Shown: positions 28,672-42,477 of the stretch, in pieces
How the letters are laid out: every line of letters begins with the position of its first letter
How positions within the stretch are numbered: position 1 is the stretch's first letter
NCBI GenBank assembly: GCA_973851085.1
Contig: OZ316776.1
Location: forward strand, 10,912,001 to 10,976,000
DNA: 64,000 bases
Direction: 5' to 3'
Origin: Ptychomitrium polyphyllum
Lineage: Eukaryota
The notes under the pieces: generated by a model
The model's input: the letters and a program-made list of their open reading frames with translations, nothing else
What the model was told of the DNA's origin: nothing
The model's database searches: none
Program-made: the position numbers and the translations under genes

Positions 28672-30654
28672 GCATGCCCCGCTTTGCACTTGCCCACGGG
28701 CTACTCCTCTGTACATTACCTTTTTGGGTAGCTTGTCTGGCGTGTGCAGCCATGCACTCAGACCACGGAAGGTTTCTACTCTTGTGAAATTCGCTGGAGG
28801 TCTTTGGGGTCAGGTTATCAACCTCGACAATGTCAATTCAATCATGAGGTCTCTCTTGTATTGCTCTCTTGTAGGGGGCCCCTTGTTGGATATTGAATCC
28901 AGGTAGTTGCATGAGGTTCGGTTTAGCTGCGGGAAACAGACGTAGAGGAGGTTTCAGGTTCATGCAATAATCAGAATAGAGCAGATGCAGATGCAGAAGA
29001 GATGAGGCTAGTTCAAGGGTTCTTCTATAGCACCAGTGAAGAATGGTGGGTAACCCATGATGCAAATGGGAGGGTAGTGAATAATCTTATACGGGTAACT
29101 CCAATTTTTGTTGTTTTAGTTGCAGTCCTTCGAGATCCACAACTCAATAAAGTATCTGGTACAGTGGTAACATGGTACTCAGCTTCCCCAATGGGCTGAA
29201 GCAGGCCATTGTGTAGTGTAGACAGCTGCTTTGTGCACTAATGAAGTTCTCTTGCCAGTCCACTTCCTTTTCTAAGCTAGCATACATACTGACGTATTTC
29301 TCTGCTAAGTTGAAGGGTATTTTGACAAACAACAGTTAACTTTACATCTGTATATCATAGAAGAAAAGGCTGTATGGAATTAGAGTTGAATCCTTTACAA
29401 AACCTACTAGACTGGTAAATGCAAACTTAGCCTATATTCAGTTGTCAATACCTCACTGTAGCAATTGCGAGGTGGCTTAGTGAAAAGTTCAACTAAATAA
29501 CCTGCAATGTTGTGGTGTAAGTTAGTTTTGATGAAATATCTTAAAACTGTTCAAAGCAATATCACCTGATGAACTAGTAATGAATTTGAAGCTCGAAGTA
29601 CAGTATTAACCATTTGTTTCACAAAAAAGAAAAGGAACAGTTTGGAGTACAGCATTGAAGTCGGAAACTTGTAAGGCTCTTCAATGGTAAGAATGCAAGT
29701 CCACCATGTTTGGAGGGCAGTGTCAATACAATTTAATTGAGTTGATTTTCATGTATACATTTTAGATTTAATTAGAATGTTTATCAAGACATTCTTTAGT
29801 TAGTTGACCATGATCAACTGTAGTAGACAATACTCTATTTCTTCTTTAAGTACTAAATTATGTTGTCTACAATTTGGTAAGGAAGTAATGATATTATATA
29901 GTACATTGAAATATTTGTTACGGAAAGAATCACATTTAAATTTACAAATTTAAAAAATGTTTGATAAACAAAAGATTTTATTTGATATAAATAACTAATA
30001 TTTTATATAGTATTATTTATTATATTTGAAGTATGATAAATTGTAATTAATTATAAATGATTGATAACTTAATGCAATAAAATTTGAAAGTCATTATAAA
30101 ATGTAAGTAAAATAGAAGCATTATTGTTTAGACTCTTAATTAAGGTCAAACTCATATTAGTGAGCAAACAATAGTGGCACCACATATGCTTCTCCATTTA
30201 ATCAAATTGCTTGGTCAATTCTTACATTAATAGAGTTGCAACTATTTAGCCATCCCAATTAATAGCTTGTAAGCTGGTTGTAAGGAAGAAGTGGATTTCT
30301 TTAGAAATGCAATCAAAAATTAAGTTTTGTTAGCCATGTACAAAAGCTTAAATGGTGATGTTTACAGTGGCCTTTGAATTCAAGTGAGTAAATGGACTAC
30401 AAGTACTTGTATGTGAACTTGAGTGGTGATTGAATGGAGTGTAAGTGAGTTATGATGTGGATTTAATTAAGCATTGACAAGTGTAAGTGCATGAGCTATG
30501 TCAGGACTAGGTATTAATGAAATACAAATGAGTGTGATTGATATTGAATGAGTCACGTACAATCTTTCATTGTCACATCAATAATTTACAATCCTGCATG
30601 TATTACTCTAGATGAAGTATACGAGGTTGTACCTAACAATTGTGACTATGCTAG

Positions 30655-31020
30655 GTTATAAATGACGGTTGTCAGTGATTGTTGTAACTATCAGAGTTTG
30701 TATCACGAGGTCATAAGTGAAGTATACAAAGTTATAAATGATGGTTGTCAGTGATTGTTGTAACTATTAGAGATTGTATCACGAGGTTATAAGTGAAGTA
30801 TATGAAGTTATAAATGATGGTTGTCAGTGATTGTTGTAACTATCAGAGATTGTATCACGAGGTTGTAAGTGAAGCATACGAGGTTATAAATGATGGTTGT
30901 CAGTAATTGTTGTAACTATCAGAGATTGTATTAAATATAAGATTGTAAGTGATAATTATAACTACGGTAAGTTCTAAATGATGGTTATAAGTGATTGTTG
31001 TAACTATTGGAGATTATATC
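30655..31020. repeat. Minisatellite with a 76-bp unit, about 4.5-5 copies
   Basis: GTTATAAATGAyGGTTGTCAGTGATTGTTGTAACTATCAGAG... starts at 30655, 30731, 30807 and 30883 (exact 76-bp period), with a degenerate copy at ~30971. Confidence 0.9.
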
Positions 31021-33639
31021 TAATCATTGTAATTATAACAAATTTGAATAAGCTTTGCAATTATGATATTAATCAATTTGATCTGAATTAACATAAATTT
31101 ATTAATTTAATTTTTTAAATTATTAAGAATATTCTAATAATTCCACAAATGTTTTTGTAAGACTTTAACAAAATAAACTATATTTGAAATTGAATTTTAT
31201 ACTAAATATTTCTAAAGAACAAATCATTGTAAATTTCCTTGAGATGGTTTGTAATTTTTTTGAATCTTTTTTAAATTAATTTTTGTGCAATTTGCACAGA
31301 TATTATGGACTTTAAGAAAAATTATAAAAAAACAATCTTTATTAAATTAAATTTAGATTCAATTACATATCTATGCTATTTTTAATATACAACATTTAAT
31401 ATACAATTTTATTTAATTAAATGTTTTTGACTTCCATGCATATAACAATAATATACATGTTTGTTAATTAAAAACATTTATAGAACTACCAGTTTTAGTT
31501 TTACATCATTTTCAAATAGCACTTAATTCCACTAATAAATACAAGTATAATGCAAAAATAAACTGAGGTTTTAAGACTTTTTAATACCATATAATTAACT
31601 TATATTTAGATAATGAGCCACTTATATGAAAATATAAGAAATTTCAAAGCCTATTTAGTTTTTTTAATTTGTTAATTTTTTTTTTTCTATTTCTTTCTTA
31701 ATTTTATCGAATTCCAGGTACTATGTTTTGATAATATTGTTTATTTCATCACTTGTTCCATATTACTTTTTTTTTTTCATAAATATTCTTTGAGTAAATC
31801 CAAAGTAAAACTAACTAAAAGATTATTCAAAGTCATTATTACCACTTATTTTGCTTCTTTTTATATAGTAGCTTTCTTTTTAATGATCCAATAGGAAGCT
31901 TCTATGTTATTAAATTTCCTTATAAATACGTTTAAAATTAATAGCTTAATGAAAGAACAAAAAAAGAGGTTTCCAACATCTAAAATAGAAATTTCTTTCA
32001 TATATTAGATCTATATTAGCTTTACAATGTGGAATGCTATAAGGACAAGTAAGTGGATTACTTCACTTATATTAGCTATATTTATATGAAGACAAATAGT
32101 AGGCCATGTTTTGAAGCTCAATATTTAAACATCTAAATATCCACACATGGTTTATTTCATTCTTAAATTTTAAACTTTCATAATTTACATCCATTTAATT
32201 TTTTTGAACTAAAATTTTAATTACTTTTTCTTTGGTATATTGGTAATGAATTTATCAAGCAGCACTAAACTCACCTCAAACTGTTATGCCTATGATTTTT
32301 GATGGTTTACTAAAACCAAAAATGTATATATTGTAGTATATTAAAAATCTAATTTCTTTTTATAGAATGCAATTTTGATTATTAGAATGAGTTCATTTTT
32401 TATTTAAGTTCAACTAATAGAATATAAATTACAAGGTCCAGTTTCCATTTCACTAATTTTTAAACATAGTCTATAATATATATGAATATTCTTTGCATGT
32501 AATTTTTATGAATATTTCAACATTCTAATTTATGAAATCTCTCATACGCATGAATGCAAAAACTTTCAAAAATAAACTCTTAAATAATACGTTATCATAT
32601 TGTGATTCCTGGCATGTACTTATAAATGTAACTCTTTCAATAAAAAATTATAATTAAAATCTTGTGTGTTGCAAAATACATCAATAGTTTCATATTCCGC
32701 AACACAAACAAACACCTATACATACATGTGATTCATTGAATTTACATGATGCTACTACAGATATCTCCTTGGAAAAGTAAAAGAAAAACTAGGTTAATAT
32801 GAAGCACTTTTATGCCAATTGAAAGGTTGATCCAAGTCAAAACCACAACTGTTAAGACAAACAAATTGTGCTAGAAGGAGAATACATAATCTATGTACAT
32901 GTAGGCTTCATAACATCCTCCAAATTCCAGAAAATCAGTCCAAACAGATTTGCTAATATATATATATAAGGTAATTTTGTTGTCCAGAATACATCTTGAA
33001 CTATTAGGAAAAACTGCTTCTGAGAACATCATTATAAAGCTTCAATGACAGCTTCAATGAAAATAAAGCACAAATTAAACACTGTCTTCAGTAATGACAG
33101 AAATCATGCTGTAGATTAGAAAAGCAATGAATTTGAAGCAATCCTTTAGACGCAGCATCAGTGAAGTTCAGGAGTTGCAAGCTTAGTGGGGCATGTCTTA
33201 CTCTGTCTAGGCATTGATCACCATTGCTGTGAGTTCCTACATATTACGTGGCTTTGGACCTTCTAGTTAAAGCTTAGTTCATAAGTCTTTGACCTAGAGA
33301 CTAGATAAATTTTGCAAAGCATCTTATAATGCAGAATGTGAAGAGATTGTCTAGACAATGCTTGGATGTGGAAATGTGCATGAGTTGTAAGGATCAATCA
33401 CATGTTGCTTTTTGTTTATGTTGATATGCCATTGACATTGCTGCAGCATTGATCACTGCAAAGGTCCAGCAAACTAAGTTGGATTTGTAGACTTTTGAAG
33501 TAAATATTTACACTTAGTTAATGTTTGAACATACCTAAACCTAAATGCCAAGAAGACAGGGGAATTCTAGTGACTTACCACAAAGATGTTTGAATTGATG
33601 GACTTGTTAGCTGGGAATTTAGGAGCTTTTCATTTTGTG

Positions 33640-33743
33640 AAGAAGACTCAAGTTCTTGTTACATGAAAGCAGGTTTACAACATTCTTTAGCAAGAAGACT
33701 CAAATCCTTGTTACATGAAAGTAGGTTTACGACATTCTTTAAC
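33640..33743. repeat. 52-bp tandem duplication
   Basis: AAGAAGACTCAA...CTTGTTACATGAAAGyAGGTTTACrACATTCTTTA occurs at 33640 and 33692. Confidence 0.85.
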
Positions 33744-34780
33744 AATTAGAAAAACAAATGTCATATTGTTAAGGGCATGAAAAATTTGTCTATGTGTCTT
33801 ATTATAGGAAGGAAAGCCTTACTGGTGGAATTTAGGAGGAACAAGCTATAAACTTGGAAGGATATATGTAGTTTTTTGTAGTTATTTTTTTTATTAATCC
33901 TTAAGTATTTAAGTCAATAACCATAAAAAAAAATCTCATTTCAAATGATCCATTTGGATATCATAGTCAATATTCAACAATATTTTCATATCTTGTTTTT
34001 TCAATTGAGCCATATGTCATTTAAGTGTTGTGATTTAAAAAATTTTCTTTATGTAAATATTGAAATCTTTTTATTTTTCCCTTAATTGATTTTAATATAC
34101 TATATTGTCTCAATATATTAAGGGCAAAATGTTTTCTTTTATGTTAATGTATACTAGAAGGAGTTTCCCTCAATATTGACTACTGTGATAAAAATTCCTA
34201 ATTTACATGTGTTACATAGGCAGAATAGCAGCCTATTAGCTTAATGAAGGTATTCTAAAGGTCATGTGGAACTCTAACGAGTGATTAGAGCTATTTGTGA
34301 ACTCATCCTCGTCACTCTAGAAAGTAGATGTGTGCCCAAAACTATATGCATTATAACGTGTGTGCTTGTGAAGTGAATAAAACTTTAACGCTGAAGTATG
34401 TGCTTCAATCAGAAACACAAATGGCATGAAGAAATAGGAGCTCATAGGTGAGGGTGAGGTTTTGGTTGAGAAAAGCAGTCATTTTCACAAACAACTCTAG
34501 AGGATCAGTTGTGGCTGTTTTTGAAGATTTCTCGTTGAGGTTTTTCATACACCTCATGATGTGTTATCATCTCCATGGTGACGACGATGATTGCACAGCT
34601 TAGAGTGTTGAAGCTTCGTGGCGTGCGTTATAGGTTTGCGGATGGCGAGTGGCGATGTGGTGGGTGCATGTCGCGGAGCGTGGTTGTTCGACGATCGTGA
34701 GTTTTCGTGCTGGTTTGGTGAAGGGCGGTTTTGAGAATAACCTCGCAGAGATCGTAGGGGTTTCCGGGTGAGGTCGAGTG

Positions 34781-37700
34781 ATGTCTGGATGGGAGCCATC
34801 CGATTGGAACATCGGAGGTGGGGAGCCTCCCAGCACGGTACTTTTGCATCACTTTTGAGGGTTTAGGGTTTTGGATTTTATTGATTAGTGAAAACTTCTC
34901 AATTGGGGTTAGGTTTGCAAGTATATGGTGTGCAGCTGGATAGGAGAGTTCTGAAGTGTATGCTGAAGCTTGAACGAGAATGCAGGTGAGCGATGTTCCT
35001 GGTGGACACAGCTTAGTGCATAATGGCGGGACTCCAATACTCTCTGTGGATGTATTGGAGAGGAACGCAGCCAAGGGGCATGGGTTGGTGACATCTGTTG
35101 CTGCTGGTAACAATATCCTGCTGGTAGGCACCGATACAGGCTGGATCGTTCGGCATGACTTTTCAGGGGGAGATACCAATCTCGGTTAGTGTTATGCTCT
35201 TGTCTTTCTTCAATGGGTGCATGCACGCTTGTTGCGATCAGATTGAATGCTCAGCCATCTAGTAGGAACATTTTAAGAATCGTTTATCGGTTCAGTGACC
35301 TCCTTTCTGCTACCAGAGGGCAGGTGTACAATTTGGAGTTACAGTCTAGTTTCTCCCTCCTTGATACATATGGTTTGGCTGTGGTTGTTGTTGTTGCAGA
35401 ATTAGACCTGGGAGCTAGAGGTATTGAGCAGCGGATCCCGAAGGTGTTCATCGATCCAGGTGGTCGACATTCAATATTCACGGTTTGCAGCAGCGCAACT
35501 GCTGATACATACTACCTTCATGGGAAGTGGAGAAAGCCCAGGATGTTCAGCCGACTGAAAGGGTCAACCGTGAGCTGTGTGGCCTGGAATCGGTCCCAAA
35601 TCAATGAAGGTAGTACACTCCACATCAATGCATTCCATGCCGTGCCACGTCAATTGCGAGATCAGAAGGCACATGTTCTTAGTTCCACAGGAAGGGGGTT
35701 GTTCTTGTTGTCTGGACTGTGTAACGCATTTTCATGAGGACCTGCATTGGATTACTGTTTGCTTGTTTGAGGAGGAACTCGACTTGCTATGCTGTTTACA
35801 GGTTTCACTCGTGAAGTGATTGTTGGGACGACATCCGGGCAACTGTATGAAACGATGATGGAGGAGAAAGACAAGAAGGAGAAGTACTGCAGGCTGTTGT
35901 TTGAGCTGAGTGAGGCTCCAGAGCCTTTTGTTGGTGTCCAGGTATATGTGCGCAGTGTGAGAGTGAATGAATGAGGTAGCCTGGCCGTAGATAGTGCCGA
36001 GCCTGGGTTGTGGATGAGTTGAGGAACTGGTTGTCTTTTAGCTTGCGTCTCGGCATCTTTATTCCGTCATTGGTGCAGTGGTGCTTAATTGTGTGACAGA
36101 TGGAGGTTGTGAGCTCAGGAAGCAGCACACGGTATTTTGTGATGGTCGCTACTCCTTCCCGGCTTTTTACTTTCCAGGGCACAGGTTCTCTAGAGGTGTG
36201 ACCCTTGGAGGCCTATGATGTATGTTGTTTCTTTTTCCCCTTCTGAGGTGCATGGAGTCTTGTGATTCGATTGATCGGTGGGAATAGCTATGATGTTCGT
36301 CTGGTGCAGTGGTTTGAGGCCAATGTCGTTGGCACATGTAGTTGATTATGAGGAGGAAGCGTAAGTAGGAAAGCAGTTATCGTCCCCAAAGGAAAAGTGT
36401 ACAGCATGTGGTTCCTGTGTTTGTTTGTGCTGATAGACTGTGATTTGCAGGCAGTGTTTAAGGCTTACTCGGAAGGTCCAGCGCATTTGGCCGAGCTTCC
36501 TGGTGGAGGTCTCAACAGGTGGGTGACCCTCTTGTGTTGTGCGGTCATCATTCTGACAAGGCGTATGAGCTTAAGGTTTTACACTGTGTCGCTCTGATCA
36601 TTTTCTAGACGGCATGATCGTGGTATGTAGTAATATGATCGTTCGTACCATGATATTTGGCAGCGAGCTGCAGTTTTATGGGAAACAGCGCAGAGCAGAG
36701 AGGTTTGCCTGGCTTGCAGGGCCTGGTATCTATCACGGTTATTTAAATGTTGGGACTACGCAAAGGTTAGCATCTCAGCTGATTAGCTTTGTTTATCTGA
36801 TTATTGCTTCTCAGGTTGATGTGCTTTGAAAGACGTTTCTTAGAATGTTACATTGTCTGCACTGAGTGTCCTTGTATTTTCAGTTGTATATCTTGAATTT
36901 TGCAATACCGTTATTGAAACCCTACACATGGCCTTCTATTGTAAGTTGTAGTTACCTTTGCATCTTTGTGCCGCCATGTGTGATTTTGATTGATTGTTGC
37001 AAGTTTTAAGATTTGATCTTCACATGTTGTGATAACAGTGCCAATCACAGGCATGACGAGGAGAGAAATGCGGAACGAAAGTGGCTATTAGAGTACTCCA
37101 AGTTAATGGATGATCCAGGAATACCGAGACCTGTCTCACTTGCTCTGAGCGAGTTCCACTTCGTGGTTCTCATGAACAACATGCTCAAGGTATACACTTG
37201 GACACTTCGTTCGTTTTCACATTTATTTATTATGGAAGCTTGTGAAGTTTTTATTGCAGCAGACTATACCAGCGACTGGGTGGGAAATCGTGGTTTAGTT
37301 CTCTTACATCCACAAATGATTTGCTTTTAAGGTTGTGAATAGGGTGAGCCAGAAGGTGGTGGAAGAGCAGCGGTTTGACACACGCAGTGACCTTGGTTCA
37401 CCGACCATGCTGGGACTATGTTCAGATGTGGGGTCTGGAGCATATTATGCTTTTGATGCGAGTTTTATCTTTGAGGTATGACGTTCTACCTTCTGAAAGC
37501 TTAAAAATGGGTACTCTTGTTGCTCGTTTACTTAGTATGTTCTATTTACTATCTACCAATTCTATACTCGTGTTATTGGGATGTCCACAGTGATGACAGG
37601 GTTGCTAGTATTTTCGTCACCTTGATACTTTTTGCTTATCATACAGTTACTCCTCTCATGCTAATACCTGTTACGGTACATCAAAATCTTGCAATCCTAG

Positions 37701-40700
37701 TGCACCATCCAGCAGCTTTACATCAAGCTTTTCACGCTCTCATGTGAACCATATTAATTTGTTCGGTGCAGATAACATTTGAAGACGAGGGGCGCGACAT
37801 GTGGCAGGTATACTTGGGTTTGAAAGAGTATACGGCTGCACTTGAAGCTTGTCGGGATTTGGCGCAACGAGATAGAGTGTATGCTGCTCAGGTACTGGGT
37901 TCACTCTGCGCTCATCTGCTTAGGTTGTGCCTTTTGCTCATTGCAAGTAATGTTCCATTACAACAAGTATTTCCCGTAACTTCGTTTCATTGGCATTAGA
38001 CGTAGTTTGAGGACCTTGTCTTTTTCTATTTATGCTATGCATATGTGTAAGTAGGCTGAGGCTGCTTTCGAGGCTAAAGATTATGAGCGAGCAGCATCGT
38101 TCTACGCAAAGGTGAACAAGCATCACCAACATTTGATTTACACTTTCGGCTTTCACTTGACCACAATTTTTTAAGAGTGGATTTTGAGGTCCTCTGTAAT
38201 CGTCTTCATTCTACAAGCTTAAGAGCTATGCAGTTTTTTGTTTTTGATATGAAATCTACAGATCTTTTATTCTCTTTTTGCTTCAGACAGCAACTGTGGC
38301 AACGTTTGAGGAAGTTGCGCTAAATTTTGTGGCAGTTGGTGAGCAGGCGAGCTTCTTCACTCTTATTTCTTAATTCTTCGTTATCTCATTGTCTGCCCCG
38401 CCTTTTTCCTATCATAGTTGCAGGTTGGCTTTCTCCGTGATTTTGTGTCTTGTTGCTGAAATTAGGGTGTTTTTTGTTCTGTGTCAGGATGCGCTGCGAA
38501 CTTACCTACTTAGAAAGCTGGATTTCCTGGGAAGAGGAGATCGCTCACAAGTTACGATGATTGCCACCTGGGCTGCAGAGCTTTACTTAGATAAGGTACT
38601 TTCGGATCTTGATAAGATTAGCATAACTGAGATGGAGCATGCTAGACTAATAGTCTCATTGGAATTCTTTTGACTTTACAGCTCAGAGTGGTGGCTCTAA
38701 TTTAATATCAGGATTGACATTAATGATTATTGACCTTATGCATTTTGTACGTTCCATCTTTATTTGCTCTTGGATTGGTCACAGATCAACAGGCTGCTTC
38801 TAGACGTTGAAGATGAAAACGAAGTTGACACAGACGAAGGAATCAGTGAAAATTTAGAATATCACAATACAGTGCGGGAGTTTCGTGCGTTCCTCAGTGA
38901 TTGCAAGGATGTGCTTGACGAGGCCATTACAATCAAGTTACTTGGCAGGTACGGTCTTCTTTGATCTTTTGTTAGTTTCATGTGAATTGATTATGCTATA
39001 TCTGATGATTTGCGTTTACAAACGATATGTGACTAATTTATCTGCATTACTTAGAGCATTTTCGTGCAACAATCTTGTCCTGCTTTTGAACATGAGAGAT
39101 GAACGAATTGGAGGAACATGAACTTAGAGTATGAGGATTCAATAGCTGCTTGGCTAGCATTTATGTTTAAGTATAGGCAGAGAAAGATTATCTATCCAAT
39201 GTTTCTCTACAACTTGTCATCTCCTCGCTACAAGGTTATTACTTGATTGCTAATGACTATTTTTGTGCATGATTATTATCAGTTATGGGCGAGTGGAGGA
39301 GCTGGTCTATTATGCTGGATTAAAGGAACAATACGAAACACTCATTCATCACTTTGTGCAGGTGAATGTTTTTGCAAGTATCCATCCCTTTCTTCTTTGA
39401 TATTATATACTGATTCTGTTCTATGCATGGATTATTGATGTATTTGATATCTATGTCAAGTTGACATCACTTTTGTCCATCCCACCTTAGATCAATCAGA
39501 GTAAGAAACTTGCACTCTGGGCCTTTGGATACTACTTACTTTCACGTTTTTGTCCTATTGTGTGTCATTTACTTGGTGTTCTCATATTTATGTGCTTGGT
39601 GCTTGTGTTTTCGCTTACCAGCAAGGCGATGCGAAAAAAGCATTGGCAGTTCTCCAGAAACCAAATGTGTCTCCAGAGCTTCAGGTGTGTTTCAGTGGTC
39701 TTTATGACTATCTTACATTATAACCTGACTGATCAGACTATTCTTGTTGTCAAGTATGTTAAGTCTTGACTTAAAAGAAATTTAATTCCGTGTCTCATTT
39801 AGGTCTATTGTTCATCCTGTAAGAGAGGTCTCCTTGTATTTCAGAAGGTCGAATTATTGACAACAAGAATGATTGTCTAATGCTTGGAAGGGAAAATTGT
39901 CTGATATAATTGCCACTGACAAGTAAGAAATCTGTGCAGTATAAATTTGCACCTGCATTGATTATGTTAGACCCACATGCGACAGTTGCTGCATGGACTT
40001 CAACGGGTCTCAACTTGAATCCAAGGCAACTTATGCCTGCTTTGATGAGATACTCTAGTGAGCGTCGGCCAAGGTATGCTCCATATCCGATCTCTGAATT
40101 CTGTGCCCAGGTATCTTTTTGTGTTTTAGTTCCAATGAGCTAAGAAGGCTTCTTAAGTAGTGAAGATAGTCTTATAGAAAACCACTCGACAGTAAAGATG
40201 AAGTTTTTTAACCGTAAGTAGTTTTTGGAAGCAGAGACGAAGTCAATGCAGCGATTCGATATCTTGAATATTGCATGAAAGGTCAACTGAGTCAGGACAG
40301 TGCTGTGCACAATCTGCTATTGTCTTTGTATGCCAAACAGGTACGTCATTTCTTTGTTTTCCTGCGTATTGTGGTACTTTTATGGTACGTACTTTGTGGC
40401 CCATCAAATATTAGTTCATATTTAGACGATATAATACTTTTACTTCCAAGTTCAGCTGAGTGGTGAACACCAGGGTTGGTGGATTGTATGCAGCCAGATG
40501 ATACTGCATTGCTCATCTTCTTGGATAGGAGATCCGGCAAGGGGCGCATGGAAGGGCTGGACTACTTCTATGATCCCAATTATGCCTTGCGTTTATGTTT
40601 AGAAGAGAAGCAGATGCGGGCCTGTGTGTACATTTATGGTATGATGGGCATGCATGAAGAAGCTGTGGCATTAGCATTGCAAGTACGTCAATGCCTGCAT

Positions 40701-42477
40701 ACCTTTCTAGTTTGCTGTTTCTAACTTCAGATATTGCATCCCTGGGTACACCCTTGAATACATCTGTCTAATATGATCCGTATATAGTGTTCTGGGCTTC
40801 AAAATTTGGTCCCTCCAACTCTTTCCAACTGTTCCAACCATCTGAATGTTTCTTCCAAAGATGTTGCTTACTTGGTTCCTCTCCAGCAGCTTTATTTATA
40901 ATTTGGAAACTTGGACCCTTGTGGATGTTGTCAGACATCTGTCCTCAATAATGTTTTCTTTACTCCAGGTGGATCCTGAGATGGCAAAAGTTGAGGCAGA
41001 CAAAGTGGAAGACAATGAAGAGTTGAGAAAGAAACTTTGGCTTATGATAGCCAGGCATGTCATCCAGCAAGGGCAAGCCACGAAAGGAGAGAACATCCAT
41101 AAAGCTATTGCGTTCTTGAAAGAGACAGATGGTTTGTTGAAGATCGAGGATATCTTACCTTTCTTTCCAGACTTTTCCCTCATCGATGAATTCAAGGTAG
41201 TCAATGAGTTGTAGACATTTTGCCCTACTTTGTTGACTAATCTAGGTCCTTATGTCAAAGTTAGTTTGCATGATATGCCCTATTTGACATGCATGGTTAC
41301 TAATGGGAACAGGAAGCGATCTGTGCTTCACTGGAGGACTACAACCGTCAAATTGAAGAGTTAAAACGAGACATGAGTGATGCCACTCATGGAGCTGAAG
41401 ACATCAGAAATGACATCAATGCATTGTCACAGCGATATGCTGTTGTGAAGCTGGATGAAACATGCAAGGTTAGCAAATCATGCACATTCGGTTTTGAGTA
41501 TCCTGAGGTCCCTTTTTCCCGTAGTCATGTCATGTCTGTCTTGCGTTCCCTTCAAAGTTATGTAACATTGTTGTCACATTTATTCCTTCCTCGGAATTTG
41601 TGAATAATCACGAGCTCAGTAATCACCACTATGTTCCACCAGCAAACATTAAGAGCAGGTATCCTACTTTCTTGTACAGATATGTGGACAACGATTATTG
41701 GCACCGAAAGGAGCAACATCGGTAGTCCGGAGTTACACAGCCTTTGTGGCTCCATTTTATGTGTTTCCATGCGAGCATGCCTTCCATTCTCATTGTCTTA
41801 TTGACTATGTGCTTCAGCACACGGACAAAAGCGAGGTACCAGTTTATACTAATAAACCTCCTATATTTGAGATTTCCCATGGAAATAAGTATCAATCAGC
41901 GCTGAACTTGTTGTTCACCTCTTTAAGTGCTCATGTTCTATCTGAATTGCACTTTGGGCTATTTTCAGAAAGAACGTATACGAAGTCTGCTCAAGCAAAT
42001 CACGTCCTTGGGCTTCAAGGAGGCTAATGCACAGTCTGCGAAGTCTGTTCACAATGGACATGATGAAGACACGTTTATTGTAAATGGAAACATGTCTCCT
42101 TTGAATAAGGTACATTTATCAACGATACTACAACATCTTAAAGTGTCTTTGCCAGCATTTTGAACCAGTTGGCAAATCAGGACATCTTGAATGGTTCTCT
42201 ACGAGGTCAGTGAATGCAGTTTTCGGAAGTGTACAGTCCTGTTTGACTGGTTTATTTGTACAAAAGAATGGCATGCCAAGCAGGTAATCATGTTGGTGAG
42301 TTTCTGAAGTTCAACATTTATGTTTTGTCTGAACAGATCCGGGCACAAATAGATGATGCAGTGGCCGGGGAATGCCCGTTTTGCGGAGAGTTGATGATCA
42401 AAGAGATTGCTGAAGCTTTTATTTCTTCAGAGGAAACTGATGAAGTGGCTTCATGGTCATTAGCTAATGTAGAGTAG
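34781..42477 (+). CDS. VPS18: Vacuolar protein sorting-associated protein 18 (HOPS/CORVET core subunit, C-terminal RING), 23-24 coding exons
   Basis: Exons 34781-34837 (probable), 34986(or ATG 34980)-35184, 35400-35609, 35802-35941, 36100-36195, 36451-36518, 36664-36765, 37051(or 37039)-37189, 37332-37475, 37772-37891, 38055-38111, 38287-38346, 38488-38595, 38785-38948, 39283-39361, 39622-39684, 39940-40073, 40235-40340, 40494-40682, 40969-41196, 41313-41468, 41680-41835, 41969-42109, 42337-42477. Motifs: KVFIDPGGRH, EGRDMWQVYL, EQDALRTYLLRKLD, TWAAELYLDKINRLL, YKFAPALIM, LKIEDILPFFPDF, FYVFPCEHAFHSHCL, ECPFCGELMI. Start exon uncertain. Confidence 0.95.
34858..34872. promoter_or_regulatory. 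Telo-box-like motif (TAGGGTTT) in the first intron or 5' region of VPS18
   Basis: GAGGGTTTAGGGTTTT read directly; telo-boxes are known in 5' regions of plant housekeeping genes. Function not shown. Confidence 0.35.

Noticed and set aside
30655..31020. Regular repeat array as a possible CRISPR
   Set aside because: Eukaryotic context, contiguous tandem units without unique spacers, no cas genes.
34554..35226. Minus-strand ORFs up to 183 aa
   Set aside because: Antisense shadows of the VPS18 5' region and first exons.
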